Of a stretch of DNA of 64,000 bases, positions 50,501-62,489 are shown piece by piece. The notes under the pieces were generated by a model. It saw only the letters and a list, made by a program, of their open reading frames with translations, did no database searches and had not been told where the DNA came from. The stretch spans positions 6,696,001 to 6,760,000 of the forward strand of contig NW_027266266.1 of NCBI RefSeq assembly GCF_022045235.1. The letters are read 5' to 3'. Within the stretch, counting starts at the first letter, position 1; each line of letters begins with the position of its first letter. Both the position numbers and the translations under genes were made by a program. The DNA is from Haliotis cracherodii. Lineage: Eukaryota.

Positions 50501-53500
50501 CGCTTATCCATTCTATTTGATCAAATCGAAAAGTTCATGGCGTCACACGGAAAATCGATCAGAATGATGTTTTCAAAATAATCGTTTTACATGGTCCAGC
50601 GATGCTCCAGTTTCACTGTCCCTTAGAAGTGGTCATCGATGGGGGTACTGGTCAAAAAACGTAACTGTAAAGGTCAGCTTTTGTTTCTTAAAGTTTAGGG
50701 GTTCAATTATTACAGCTGCAGGCTTTGGTGCACTTTTGAGATACAAACGAGCATGCTCTTTCTACCAAGATTTAAAAGTGCGTCATACGACTCTTGCTCA
50801 GAAGTTGTTTGATCAAGGTTACAGCATTCAAGGCCTCGGTAACTTGTACGATATGTTCCCGTGTTTTTTCAGGTGGACATTTGGCTTGCCTTTGCATGTG
50901 TTTGTGACGGGTGCCGCCGGTTGGGCCGGATACGCTCATCTTTTCGCAAACATCTGGTATCATCACTATCTGATAGTGATTGATTAACACATGTTTATGA
51001 TATAGTGGAAAGCGTACTATCGACTCTGCTTAATGCAGAGATTTCTATTGGATATGGAAAGGGTTTTGTCGCTTTATTTATTTAACCTAAAAACGAACTG
51101 TATTCTTTGGGCACTTTATAATATAGACTTCTGTTAAGGATGATCCGACCTTTTGCAAGATAATTGACACTTGCAGAGCAGTGCTTGTTATGTCTATACA
51201 GGCTTACTCGGAAAGGAAAGCCCTGTAGCTGTAGCTGTGGATTGAATCTGCTGGACTTGCACTTCGCCTGTTCTTCCGCCGAGTCCGTTTTTCTTGGCCT
51301 CCGCTGAGGTCCTGCCTCCATCGCCTGTGGTCGGCGAGTTCCTCCTACCTTTCAGCATCTAGTGCCCGAGGTGAGCTTGTCGTACAGGAGGCCCTTCTGG
51401 ATCATCGCGTCCTTCATACGACGAAAGTGGCCGTGCCAGCGAAGTCGGCGCTGTTGGAGCTGTGGGAGAAGACACTGGTGATCGTGGCGCAGGAGAAAAC
51501 TTCAGTGTTTGTGACTCCCTCCAGCTGATTCCGAGGATGCGCCTTAGGTAGCCACTATTGAAGGCGTTCAGTCTCTTTTGTTGTCTGCTGAGAGCAAGCT
51601 TGGAGTGGGTTGTAAGCTTGCTGTTCTACCATTCTCTTCGTAAGTCTGGCGAGGGAAATTTGACGCTCAGCCGATCCGCCTGTTCATCTCCGGACAGGTT
51701 TCCAAGGACAGGGTTTTTGTGATGGTGGGGCTGTGGTAGATGAACTGTTTCACCAGCTCCAGCTCGTAGACGTTTGTCTTCTTCAAGCTGATGGTCAAGC
51801 TGACGTTCTGACCTGCCCCTGATAAGCGGTCCATGACGTTTTGCAGCTGTGTCTCTGAGTGGGTTGCCAGAGCCGCTTGTCTGCGAAATGCATGTCTCTG
51901 ATGAGGGCTTCTCCCACTTTGTGTTTTGCCCTTAAGGCTGCCTGGGGCACCGCTCCTTCTTCCAAACACTGACATGGAAGTTCATACAGGTGCCTTAGCA
52001 GGACCACCTGTCCGCAGTTGATGGTCTCTTGAGGGGTTCAATCCGTTCCAGGCACGTTCCTGCAAGACAGCCTCTTGATGGCCTTGCCTCAGCTGCTTCA
52101 CCAAGGACAACCCAGGATAAGCTGATGATTGAATGGCCTCGCAGAGCTGCAGCCAGTATATGTTCGTGCATGTTATTGCTGTTACCTGAGTTTGTTTCTG
52201 GTTGTTCTTAGAGCTTGCAGGGTTAGGGTAGCATTTGTATGCTGTCAGATCTGTGCACCCTTCTCAGTGACAGAGATCAGCTCGCAGAAGTGGACTTCGA
52301 GTTTTCCCGATTTCTTATAAAGGGCTGCGTGTGCAGTGGTGACGAGTGTCTCTCAATTGGTCGCAACATTGCTCCCTTTGGACGTTCTGTAAGCATAACA
52401 TAATCCAGGGCACCAGTAAAGGAGTCCACTCTCTGCAGGTGTGGTGTCTTGCTGACGTTGATACGACTCTGTCCATCTGGCCTAGAGTGGTGCATGACTC
52501 TGATCATGCATCAAACCACCGAAGAATGGACTGTGGTACGAACGTGTCATGATCACGTTACTGAGGTTACATCGTCTTGTGATCATCATGTCTAGATTGT
52601 GCTTGGACAGGAGTGACTCCAGGACACCTTAGTCTGAGGCTTGTCTGGAAGAAGGAATTGATGCTGCACAGGAAGTTGGGTATGCACAGCTCATCAAATT
52701 CTGTATTGTCCCAGACCAGCAGGGTCTTGAACTGAACTCTTGAACTGAAGTAGCCAAGCAAGAGCAGCATTTCTGTGATACCTTTGATGGCGATCTGGAG
52801 CTGGTTGCAGAACTCATCCTTCACCTCCTTTGTGGAGCAGAGGATAGGAGCGAACATTCTGATAGACCGATCCGTCAGGCTCTATCGTTCTGAGCAGTCA
52901 GTTCTTGACAGGAAAGCAGATGCTCTGCTTTCCAGTTTGATCACCTACCATTCCACGCAGCGTGGTGAACATTCCAGCATCCCAACTTGAGAACTGACTT
53001 CTGAAGTTTCTTTCTTTTTTTCTTTGTTGTCTTATCCGGTGCAAGGTTTACAGTCAGTGGGCCAGGCTGGTCAGAGCCCTGAGCCCCACGCATCCACTAG
53101 AACAGGCAGACTGTTGTGTGGGTGAGGCAGGGGATCCAGTGAGATACAATTATCCTTCCCACTGTTGGAACCAGCACATGGCTCCATGTTCTGAGCCAGT
53201 CAAGCCAATTGGGCTGCCGCTGGAGGTTTCTCTTGAGGGAGCAGGCCTAGGTAGCTTGATGTTAGGGACCAGCTGTTGACCACACCCCCACCTGGGTAGC
53301 TTGACGTGAGGGACCAGCTGTTGACCACACCCCCACCTGGGTAGCTTGATGTGAGGGACCAGCTGTTGACCACACCCCCACCTGGGTAGCTTGATGTGAG
53401 GGACCAGCTGTTGACCACACCCCCACCTGGGTAGCTTGGTGTGAGGGACCAGCTGTTGACCACACCCCCAACCTCTGAATGTCAAGGAGAACGCCAATAC

Positions 53501-55645
53501 TGCTTGGTATGAGAGGCATCGCAAGTGTTGCCAGAAGTGAATTAATTACAACGCAAGACTGCCTCGGGGACTCTGACTCAAGACTTCTGTTGGGTTTCTT
53601 CATAGTCTTGTTCATGTCACAGTTTAACATAAGCACTTGTGATGTAAAATGTCACTTTTCGATCTTATATACACCCCGCCCAAACCCCTGAAAATCAAAT
53701 GGTCGCTCCCTAAGCTTCTTTTAAGCTATACTTTTAGAAAGCTGTACTATTTTGTGACCATTAGGCTTGTTGCAAGTGGTTGAGGAAGAGTTTCTTCCAT
53801 TCCATTGAGAAATCATTTTTTAAGTTAGTGTTGTAATTCAAGGTATTGCATAATTTTTCTTTGTTTTCCTGAATCCTAAAGGGAATTTGGTTTGGCCTTA
53901 TACACAAATCGATTTTTGTTTCCAGTCCCAACACGCTGAGTAACCTCTGCTCAATGAGCAAGGACTGCTCTATAAAGCAAGATGGGAAGTATGCGGATGG
54001 AAGCACCGGGTGTAGTACCTACTTCACTTGCCACGGAGGAACCTTCTTTGGCCACAACTACTGCCCCGGAGGTGAGTGACATGGTGGATGTTGTGGGTAC
54101 GAGGATGTTGGGTGAGCTGGGCTGGGCTGGGGCAAATTATATGATGTAAGCTGAGATCTGGGAAGGATTAGAAAGCGATGATGATAACATTTTAAGGTGA
54201 GGATAAGGGAGAAAGTGGTCAGTAGATTTGGATTTAGGAATTGGTACTGAATTAAGAGAGGGGGATGGGGGGTGGGGTGGTGGATGGAGGGCTGCAGCTC
54301 CAAATATAGATGAGGTGAGAGGGAAAATAAGGAGTAGGGTGAAGCTCAGGATACGATGAGTGAGCAGTATGGGTATGGTGCAGACAAACCTAGAACCCAC
54401 AATAATAGGTTTCTGGCGTGCCCAAGAGACGCAACTCTGCACAGCGAAAAATAAGGGGTGGGGTGAAAGTCAGGATACGGATGTAATAAGGTGAATTTAA
54501 GGATAGGATGTGTTTAAATAAATGATAAAAGTATGCAATAATAGTCACATTACGAACAAAGAAAATGTTACAAATAAAGTTTTTTGGGGTTTGGTTTGTT
54601 GTTTAACGCCGCACTCAGCAATATTCTAGCTTTTTGACGGCGGTCTGTAAATAATCGAGTGTGGACCAGACAATCCAGTGATTAATATCATGAACATCGA
54701 TTCACGCAATTGGGATCGATGACATGCATCAACCAATACAAAAAAGGTAATTATTTACATACAAATATTGAGAGAGTGAGTGAGTATGGTTTTACGCCGC
54801 TTTTAGCAATATTCCAGCAATATCACGGCTGGGGACACCAGAAATGGGCTTCACACATTGTACCCATGTCGGGAATCGAACCCGGGTCTTCGGCGTGACG
54901 AACGAACGCTTTAACCACTAGGCTACCCGACCGCCCAACAAATATTGAATTCAAACGACAAAACGATACCAATGAACAACTCGCAAACAAAGACGTCACG
55001 TGCAAAGAAAGAACAATGTGTGCCAAAGAACATCAGTGCACAAAAAGGACACAAAACTGCCAGAGGACAACGCTGACACTAAAGAACGGCAGATGGCGCT
55101 GCAATTTGTAAAACATTCCGAGTTTAATCGGCTTGTTCCGCCGTGTACATGGTGCATGCTGAAGAGCTCACTGTATTACGTCATTCCTCGTGCATTAATT
55201 ATTTGTATGTAAACAATGACCTTGTTTGTAACATTCATTCTTTATTCGTAACATTTGACTATTAATGCGCACATTGTCCTTTATTTCAACTTTATATTTT
55301 TTGACCGGTTGGCCCCCATAACTTCCCGTCTTGTACCCAGTGAAGTTAAATATAAGGCAAGGATTGAGATGAACCGTGGGTAACTGCAAGCGACGTTAGT
55401 TGTCAACACTAGCATCGGCGACACAGCCCAGTTAAAACATTCTTAGGGTGATACACGTGTTTTAATATCATTGACAGAAAATCCTCAGTTGCTTTGTAAA
55501 ATGACGAACTAATGATATCTAGCGGTAACCTCCTCTGTTTTGTGCAGGTACTATCTTCAATGAGGTGCTGCAGTCCTGTGATTGGCCAATCGACGTCGCG
55601 CCTCCATGTGGAACCAAAGGGTACACGACAGTAGCTTCCGGTTAA
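47592..55645 (+). CDS. Two-domain chitin-binding type-2 protein, gene 2, 141 aa
   Basis: Exons 47592-47628 (MICLVLLALLPA), 50282-50426, 53926-54071, 55548-55645; same phases as gene 1; ends TIFNEVLQSCDWPIDVAPPCGTKGYTTVASG*; AATAAA near 55674. Confidence 0.85.
48641..49161 (+). mobile_element. Harbinger-like deletion derivative
   Basis: TIR (C)C(C/T)GTTACACT.TCAAAAACTTTGAT. Internal DEELF...LRRRRR...WSREWL resembles Harbinger transposase N-termini. Absent at the equivalent site in duplicate copy B (~59905). Confidence 0.6.
50710..50990 (+). mobile_element. Penelope-like retroelement 3' remnant
   Basis: LRYKRACSFYQDLKVRH...KLFDQGYS resembles the post-RT segment of Penelope-like elements. Confidence 0.6.
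51230..52990 (-). mobile_element. Decayed RTE-clade LINE (APE and RT remnants)
   Basis: FAPILCSTKEVKDEF...LLLGYFSSRV (endonuclease); YLRRILGISW and QRRLRWHGH-like C-terminal motifs; many frameshifts. Confidence 0.75.
53248..53470. repeat. 45 bp tandem repeat, ~5 copies
   Basis: Unit CTGGGTAGCTTGATGTGAGGGACCAGCTGTTGACCACACCCCCAC. Confidence 0.9.
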
Positions 55646-58160
55646 GACTCCGAACCATGTGTGCGATTATGTCAATAAAGCGTTTGACATTAGCCTCTTC
55701 TCAAGTTGGTCATCAGGTGTGCAGCCAAATGGTTGTCTTTGGTCCCCTGACCTACTCACTACGAAACACGATTACAATCGGCCAACCTCGTATGAGTTGT
55801 AGAAGCAGCGAATGTGTGTGCGAATGTGTATTGTGTTGTGTGTGTGCGTGTGCGGCGTAAAACAGCAAACCAAACCAATCATACATAAAATTCCATTTAG
55901 AAACGAGAGAAAATCGATACACTGCCAACTGTTAATGTCATTGCGAACGTCAAGACATTATCGGCTGGGCTAGTTTGTTTGTATGTTTGTTGTTTAACGC
56001 CGCACTGATCAATATTGCAGCTATATGACGGAGGTCTGTAAATAATCGAGTCTGGACCAGAGTATCCAGTGATTGGCATCATGTTTGTTTCTTTGTTTGT
56101 TGTTTAACGCCGCACTCAGCAATATTCCAGCTATGTGTATTGTGTTGTGTGTGTGCGTGTGCGGCGTAAAACAGCAAACCAAACCAATCATACATAAAAT
56201 TCTATTTAGAAACGAGAGAAAATCGATACACTGCTGGCACCAACTGTTCACATCATTGCGAACGTCAAGACATTATCAGCTGGGCTAGTTTCTTTGTTTG
56301 TTGTTAAACGCCCCACTCATCAATATTGCAGCTATATGACGGAGGTCTGTAAATAATCGAGTCTGGACCAGACTATCCAGTGATTGGCATCATGTTTGTT
56401 TCTTTGTTTGTTGTTTAACGCCGCACTCAGCAATATTCCTGCTATATTACGGCGGTCTGTAAAGAGATCGAGTGTGGACCAGACAACCCAGTGATTGACA
56501 TCATGAGCATGTATCAACCAAGTCAGCAAGCCTGACCACCCGATCCCGTTAGTCGCCTTTTACGACAAGCATAGTCGCCTTTTACGGTAACTATGGGTTG
56601 CTGTAGACCTATTCTACCCCGGAATTTTCACGGGTCGATTGGCATCATGAGCATCGATCCACGCAATTGGAATACGATGACATGCATCAACCAAGTCAGC
56701 GAGCCTGACCATCAGATCCCGTTAGTCGCCTCTTACGACAAGCATAGTCGCCTTTTACAAGGATTAGTTGCTTAAGACCTATTCTACCCCGGATGAAGTA
56801 AATTTACATTTTAGATGTCCATTATAATTTGACTCAATTCCACAGCAGCCATTACTGGTGCATACTAAAATTAGGAATCAAATACAAAACATGGAATGAT
56901 ATTCGAAATGGTTTCATAATAAAACGGAATTAGATTTGATTACATCATTCTTCAGGATAGATAGGAAGGTGTACAATCATCCGGGTCATACTTGGATCAC
57001 CTTATCCTAAATTTTGCCAGGCCTGGCATGAAGGTTCGGGGTGCAGTCTGCCCGTCTTTCCCTAGTGAAGATTCCGGGGTAGAATAGGTCTTTAGCAACC
57101 CATGCTTGCCGTAAAAGGCGACTATGCTTGCCGTAAAAGGCGACTATCCTTGTCGTAAGGGGCGACTAACGAGATCGGGTGGTCAGGCCCGCTGACTTGG
57201 TTGATGCATGTCATCGATCCCAATTGCGTGGACCGATGTTCATGATATTAATCACTGGATTGTCTGGTCCAGACTCGATTATTTACAGACCGCCGTCATA
57301 TAGCTGGAATATTGCTGAGTGAGGCGTTAAACACCAAACCCAAACCCTAGATGGCGCTACTAGCTGTCAGTGAAACAATGACTGCTTCGTTGACAGTATT
57401 GATGATGCTGATGATGATGGTCATCAACTGAATTATTGCTGATGGTGACAGCAGCGACGACGTAGGTGGCAACGTGCCGGTGAAAATAGTAGTGAAGGTT
57501 TTCAGCTTGAGATGGTCCACTTCCCATGAAACAGATGAAAAATATAACTTCGTCTACCCCCTATCACAACACACACGCAAAGCACTCGCATTTACATATT
57601 CTGAAATATTATTTTAGTGCACTTAAAATGTAAACACATGAACAATGTTAGTAAACCCATGCTTGCCGTAACAGACGACTATGATTGTCGTAAGAGGCAA
57701 CTAAAGGGATCGGGTGGTCAGGCTCGCTGACTTGGTTGATGCCTATCATCATATCCCAATTGTATGGATCGATACTCATGATGTCAATCACTGGATTGTC
57801 TGGTCCAGACTTGTTTATTTACAGACCGCCGTCATATAGCTGAAACATTGCTGGCTGCGGCGTTAAACAACAAACAAACAAACAAACAAACAAACTAATA
57901 GCGGTGTTAAACCTCACCCACTCACCCACTCCGCATTCAGGAGCCAGACACACCAGTGCCCGATTCCTTGTGAGCGCCTATATTCCAGTCATATACGACT
58001 CCAGTTTTGAAAGATAGTTTTTTTATCTTTCAAAGAAAACTGATTCTCATATTTTCATATGATTACTGCATATTACGATAGAATAACATATCGGATTATC
58101 CCTATCAAAAGTTGAGGGGTATAATTCACTGGTGATCTAATTTTGGCATGCTGTATCCAG

Positions 58161-58237
58161 GTCTTATCTTCAACCAGGAACTTAAGACCTGCGACTGGCC
58201 GAATCACGTGGCGCCACCTTGCGGTTCGAAACACTGA
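58161..58237 (+). pseudogene. Orphan duplicate of gene 1 terminal exon, with 3' UTR
   Basis: ccag|GT-LIFNQELKTCDWPNHVAPPCGSKH*; near-identical to 46104-46180, but no upstream gene 1 exons are in the duplicated block. Confidence 0.7.
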
Positions 58238-58791
58238 TGACATTCGGAGTGACCTCGGATTTTGGGACGAGGACGAAGACTTTCGAAGTCCCCGACTTTT
58301 CGGTACCACTGCACAACCCTGTTGTGTGTACATGTTCAGAGACACGGCAGTATTACGATAGCGTAGTGACGTAAGATAAGAGTGCAGACATACAGACAAG
58401 AATAGTTTGACATACCTTATCTGCCACCGAGGTCACCGAGATCTTGTATTGTAGATACTTATCATGCAATGGCGAGGCGACCATTGTTATAATTAGCCGA
58501 TTTAAATAAATATGTTGATTATAATATATTTAATATCTTAGTGAATAAACTGCTTTCCAACAACTGTTTGTTTACTTTCTGTCGTCGGAGGGGTCACGGT
58601 CGGCCCAGTGGTCCAAGGCGTCGCAATTCGCTGTGCAGAGTTGCGTCCTTCGCAGGCTGACCTTCGAGGACCTTCTGACCTATATCGCCCACAAGGAACA
58701 TGGGGCGATATAGACGGAATGCAAGTCTAGGTAAAAGATAAGTGTCTGTGTCCTTCCCACCATTCCGCCATTCTCCTTCGTCTGGTTCAAC

Positions 58792-60842
58792 ATGATCTGT
58801 CTGGTGCTTCTCGCCCTCCTCCCGGCAGGTGAGTGAGTGAGTGAATGAGTAGGGATGGAACGTCAACTGTAACGTCATTACGTTATGTTACGTCAGTCTT
58901 TATAATGTTGAGCCTTTTTAATGTTGAAGTTGGATAAAATGGGGGATTGACGTCGCTTTTAAAATTGTTGCTCTGATAGAGCAACGTACATGTGCCTGTG
59001 TGTGGCAGCTTGTATTAGTCTAGACTAATCCTGGTTTTATAGCGCCAACCCACTCAGATACCAGGCCTGTTAACATGGATACCCGGTCAGATAAAGGTTA
59101 CTGACCAGTCCTTTTTTTATCATTTAAATCCGAGATCCAAGCCATTTTGGAACGCCTAAGTGAGCAGGCCAGTCAATGAGTGAATATAAATTTCAGCAAT
59201 ATTCCATCAATATTATGGCAGGGGACACCGGAAAATGGGCTTCACACATTTTACCCATGTTGGGAATCGAACCCGGGTCCTCGGCGTGACGAGCCAACGT
59301 TTTAACCACTAGGCTACCCCACCACATCCTGCATGAATAAGTAAACAATGTGAAGCTAAATTGTTATGTGAAGACATTATTTTATGAGTGAGTGAGCGAG
59401 TGAGTTGGGTTTAACGCCCCTTTAACAGTATTCCAGTTATATCACGGCGTGTCAGCTTAATGTGGGAGGAAAGCCCGAAGTGATGCAGGTCTCGGACGTT
59501 TACCACTTCGGTGAAACCCACGAGCACGGGTATGGTGCTGACAAACCTTGACACATAATCGGGGCGAACCGGGATTCGAACCCACAATCATAGGTTTCTG
59601 TAAGTCCTTGGGTGAATACACGTGTTATGTGGAGACAGTATTTTATGAATATTGTTAAGCCTTTGTTGCATTTACGTTCTTGGGTGAAAACAGGTGTTCC
59701 TTGTCAGATCTTATCTTATCTCCCTTTTGGGAGGAAAAATTCAACAAACAGCTTTATTCAATTTAAAGATCTTTGGTTCCAACTACATTCATAAACAAAA
59801 TAAAACATACTTAAAGATGTATAAGTACACTGGAAGATATAATAGTACACTGGTGTTATGGAATATATCATACTGTTGAGAGTGAATATCTTTTTCTAAG
59901 ACAAGATGTAAGGATTGTGCAGGGACCAATTTGTCAAATGCGCTGACGTTTACTGAGTAACCATGGCAGAATAAGCTTCGGTTGAAGTTCGGGAGAGTGA
60001 AACGACTTGAGGATGACATCGAGCGATACCCAAAGGCTTGACGACTTAAAGTATCATGTGACCCAAATACGTCATAGTTGTTCTGTAAACAACATCAGTG
60101 TAATAACTGTCAGACTGGACAGATGTTTCGAAAACTCAGAAAAGCATGATAACGAAAGTTCGTTGTGGAATAAACAGCGTTTGGAATGATCGCTTGATGT
60201 CTACCTTTAAATGAGTAACGTCATTCTTTCGGTGCACCCCTGAACAATCTGCCCTGCCAGATGCCCATCTCATTGTTCGTGAACCCCACAGTAAACTAGG
60301 ACATGCATTCACTTATTATATGTCACGAATATCACACTGATCAGATATCAGAATACATACCTAGACACCCATGAAGATCCGGGTTAGAATTGATCTTCAG
60401 AAACCCATGCTTGTCGTAAGAGGGGATCGGGTGGTCAGGCTTGCTGACTTGGTCGGGGCATGTAATCGTATCAATCACTGGATTGTCTGGAACTGACTCG
60501 ATTATTTATAGAACCCCATTTTATAGCTGGAATATTGCTGAGTGCGGCGTTAAACACCAAACAAACAAACAAACAAACAAACACACATATTTATTAATCA
60601 CGGTTGATCCCCATCGTGAATGGTATTTGGGGAATAGGGGTGAACAAATTCAGCCTCATTAAGTTTTCCGTGATCTTTAATGCACACTTTGTTGCAGCTT
60701 TTGCGGTAGACTGCACCACTAGTGGTAATGGGGTGTTTGAGAAGGGATGTCGTGCCTTTGTCACTTGTGTGGGCGGAGTTGCCACGGTAACAGAATGTCA
60801 AGGCAACGAAGTCTTCGATGAAAAAACAAAGGCATGCGCTGA
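58792..60842 (+). CDS. Chitin-binding gene 3 (duplicate of gene 2), exons 1-2; remainder expected beyond the window
   Basis: Exon 58792-58828 identical to gene 2 exon 1; exon 60698-60842 differs only in one 15 nt patch; splice sites intact. Confidence 0.75.
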
Positions 60843-61362
60843 GTAAAGTATAATTTTCACTCATGATATTTTTTATTTTTATTTATATCAAATCTGGAGT
60901 TACTATTCCGTGCACCCTCGCTTATCCATTCTATTTGATCAAATCGAAAAGTTCATGGCGTCACATGGAAAATCGATCAGAATGATGTTTTCAAAATAAA
61001 CGTTTTACCTGGTCCAGCGATGCTCCAGTTTTGTTATCACTGTCCCTTAGAAGTGGTCATCGACGGCGGTACTGGTCAAACAATGTACCTGTAAAGGTCA
61101 GCTTTTCTTTCTTAAAGTTTAGGAGTTCAATAATTACAGTTCCAGGCTTTGGTGCTTACATTTCACAATTTTTGAGATACAATCGAGCATGCTCTGTCTA
61201 CCAAGATTTCAAAGTGCGTCATACGGCTCAAGCTCAGAAGTTGTTTGATCAAAGTTACAGCATTCAAGGCCTCGGTAAAGCTTTCAAAACCTTTTACGGT
61301 TGACATGTGGAAGACATTTCCAAATTGGACGCATCAGTGACAAAGATTATGTCCGATGCAAT

Positions 61363-62077
61363 CACAGGAACTCGTTATTGGTCAGTAAATAAAAATATAT
61401 ACCCCCTATATGTAAGTAGAGAAAAGGAGCGTCACTCGCCATCTTGCCGGTTTGTTTACATTCAATATCCAAGGCGATGTTTTTATTATACGCTTATTGA
61501 CAAGCGGATTTCTGGCCGTAGATTGATCGATAACATATTTCTACACATGTACAAGTCATCTGTATTCGATTAATGTCCCTTACCTAACGAAATATCGACA
61601 GTTTATTTCGCTAGCTGGAAAATGCTACCAACCCCGAGCGGAAGTAGATTTCTAACGCGGGCAGAATCTAGCGAGCCACCTGATTGGCTGACCTACTTAT
61701 GTCAAGTCAGCGTGAAAACAATAACACATGTGCAACCAACGTGGGTTCAAAATGATAGCTTTGACTGAAGAACAAGTGTTTGCATGGAATTTGATCAAAG
61801 ATGGACACAACACTCTAATCATTGGCCAGGCTGGCGCAGGAAAAATGGTTCTTATCAAGGAAATTACGTTGAGATTGAGGAGAAATGGAAAATTGGTGTC
61901 TGTTACTGCTAGCACTGGTATGGCTTCTCAACAGCTTAAGGGGAGAACTCTTCATGACTGGGCTTGGCTGAGTGATGGAAGACACAGAAATCCTGACTTA
62001 TATAAGATACGCTCCTTTTCTCTACTTACATATAGGGGTATATATTTTATGTTACTGACCAATAACGAGTTCCTGTG
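61363..62077 (+). mobile_element. Non-autonomous TIR DNA transposon (CACAG termini, 8 bp TSD, possibly P superfamily) carrying a Pif1-like helicase fragment
   Basis: ~70 bp TIRs at 61363-61432 and 62009-62077; TSD GATGCAAT at 61355-61362 and 62078-62085. Confidence 0.85.
61752..62005 (+). pseudogene. Pif1-family (SF1B) helicase N-terminal fragment
   Basis: LTEEQ...GHNTLIIGQAGAGK (Walker A), VTASTGMA (motif Ia), GRTLH (motif Ib); truncated by the right TIR. Confidence 0.8.
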
Positions 62078-62489
62078 GATGCAATTCCCTATTTTGACTT
62101 GTACGACATGTTCCCGTGTTTTTCCAGGTGAACGTTTGACTTGCCTCTGCAATGGTATAAGGATCTATACCCAAACGTCGCCTTTACAGTATTAAAGAAA
62201 TTGTTATTCATAAACAACTTATCAACTTTGTCGTCCATCAACTTCTAAGTAATGCCTATCTAACAGTTGCCTTTGCAAGTGTGTGACGGGTGCCGCCGTT
62301 GGGTCAGGATACGCTCCCCTTTTCGCGAACACCTGGTGTCATCACTATCTGATAGTGATTCATTAACATATTCTTATGATAGATTGGGAATCGACTTTGC
62401 TTAATGTAGAGATTTCTATTTCATATGAAATAACTTTTTTGCAAGGTAATTGGCACTTGCAGAGCAGTGCCTGTTATGTCTATACAGGC

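Larger units (their letters stand above)
61140..62370 (+). mobile_element. Penelope-like remnant (copy B), interrupted by the TIR element
   Basis: GAYISQFLRYNRACSVYQDFKVRH...KLFDQSYSIQGLGKAFKTFYG. Confidence 0.65.

Noticed and set aside
61728-62195. Functional host PIF1 gene
   Set aside because: Only motifs I-Ib are present; the ORF then reads through a TIR and Penelope-like sequence.
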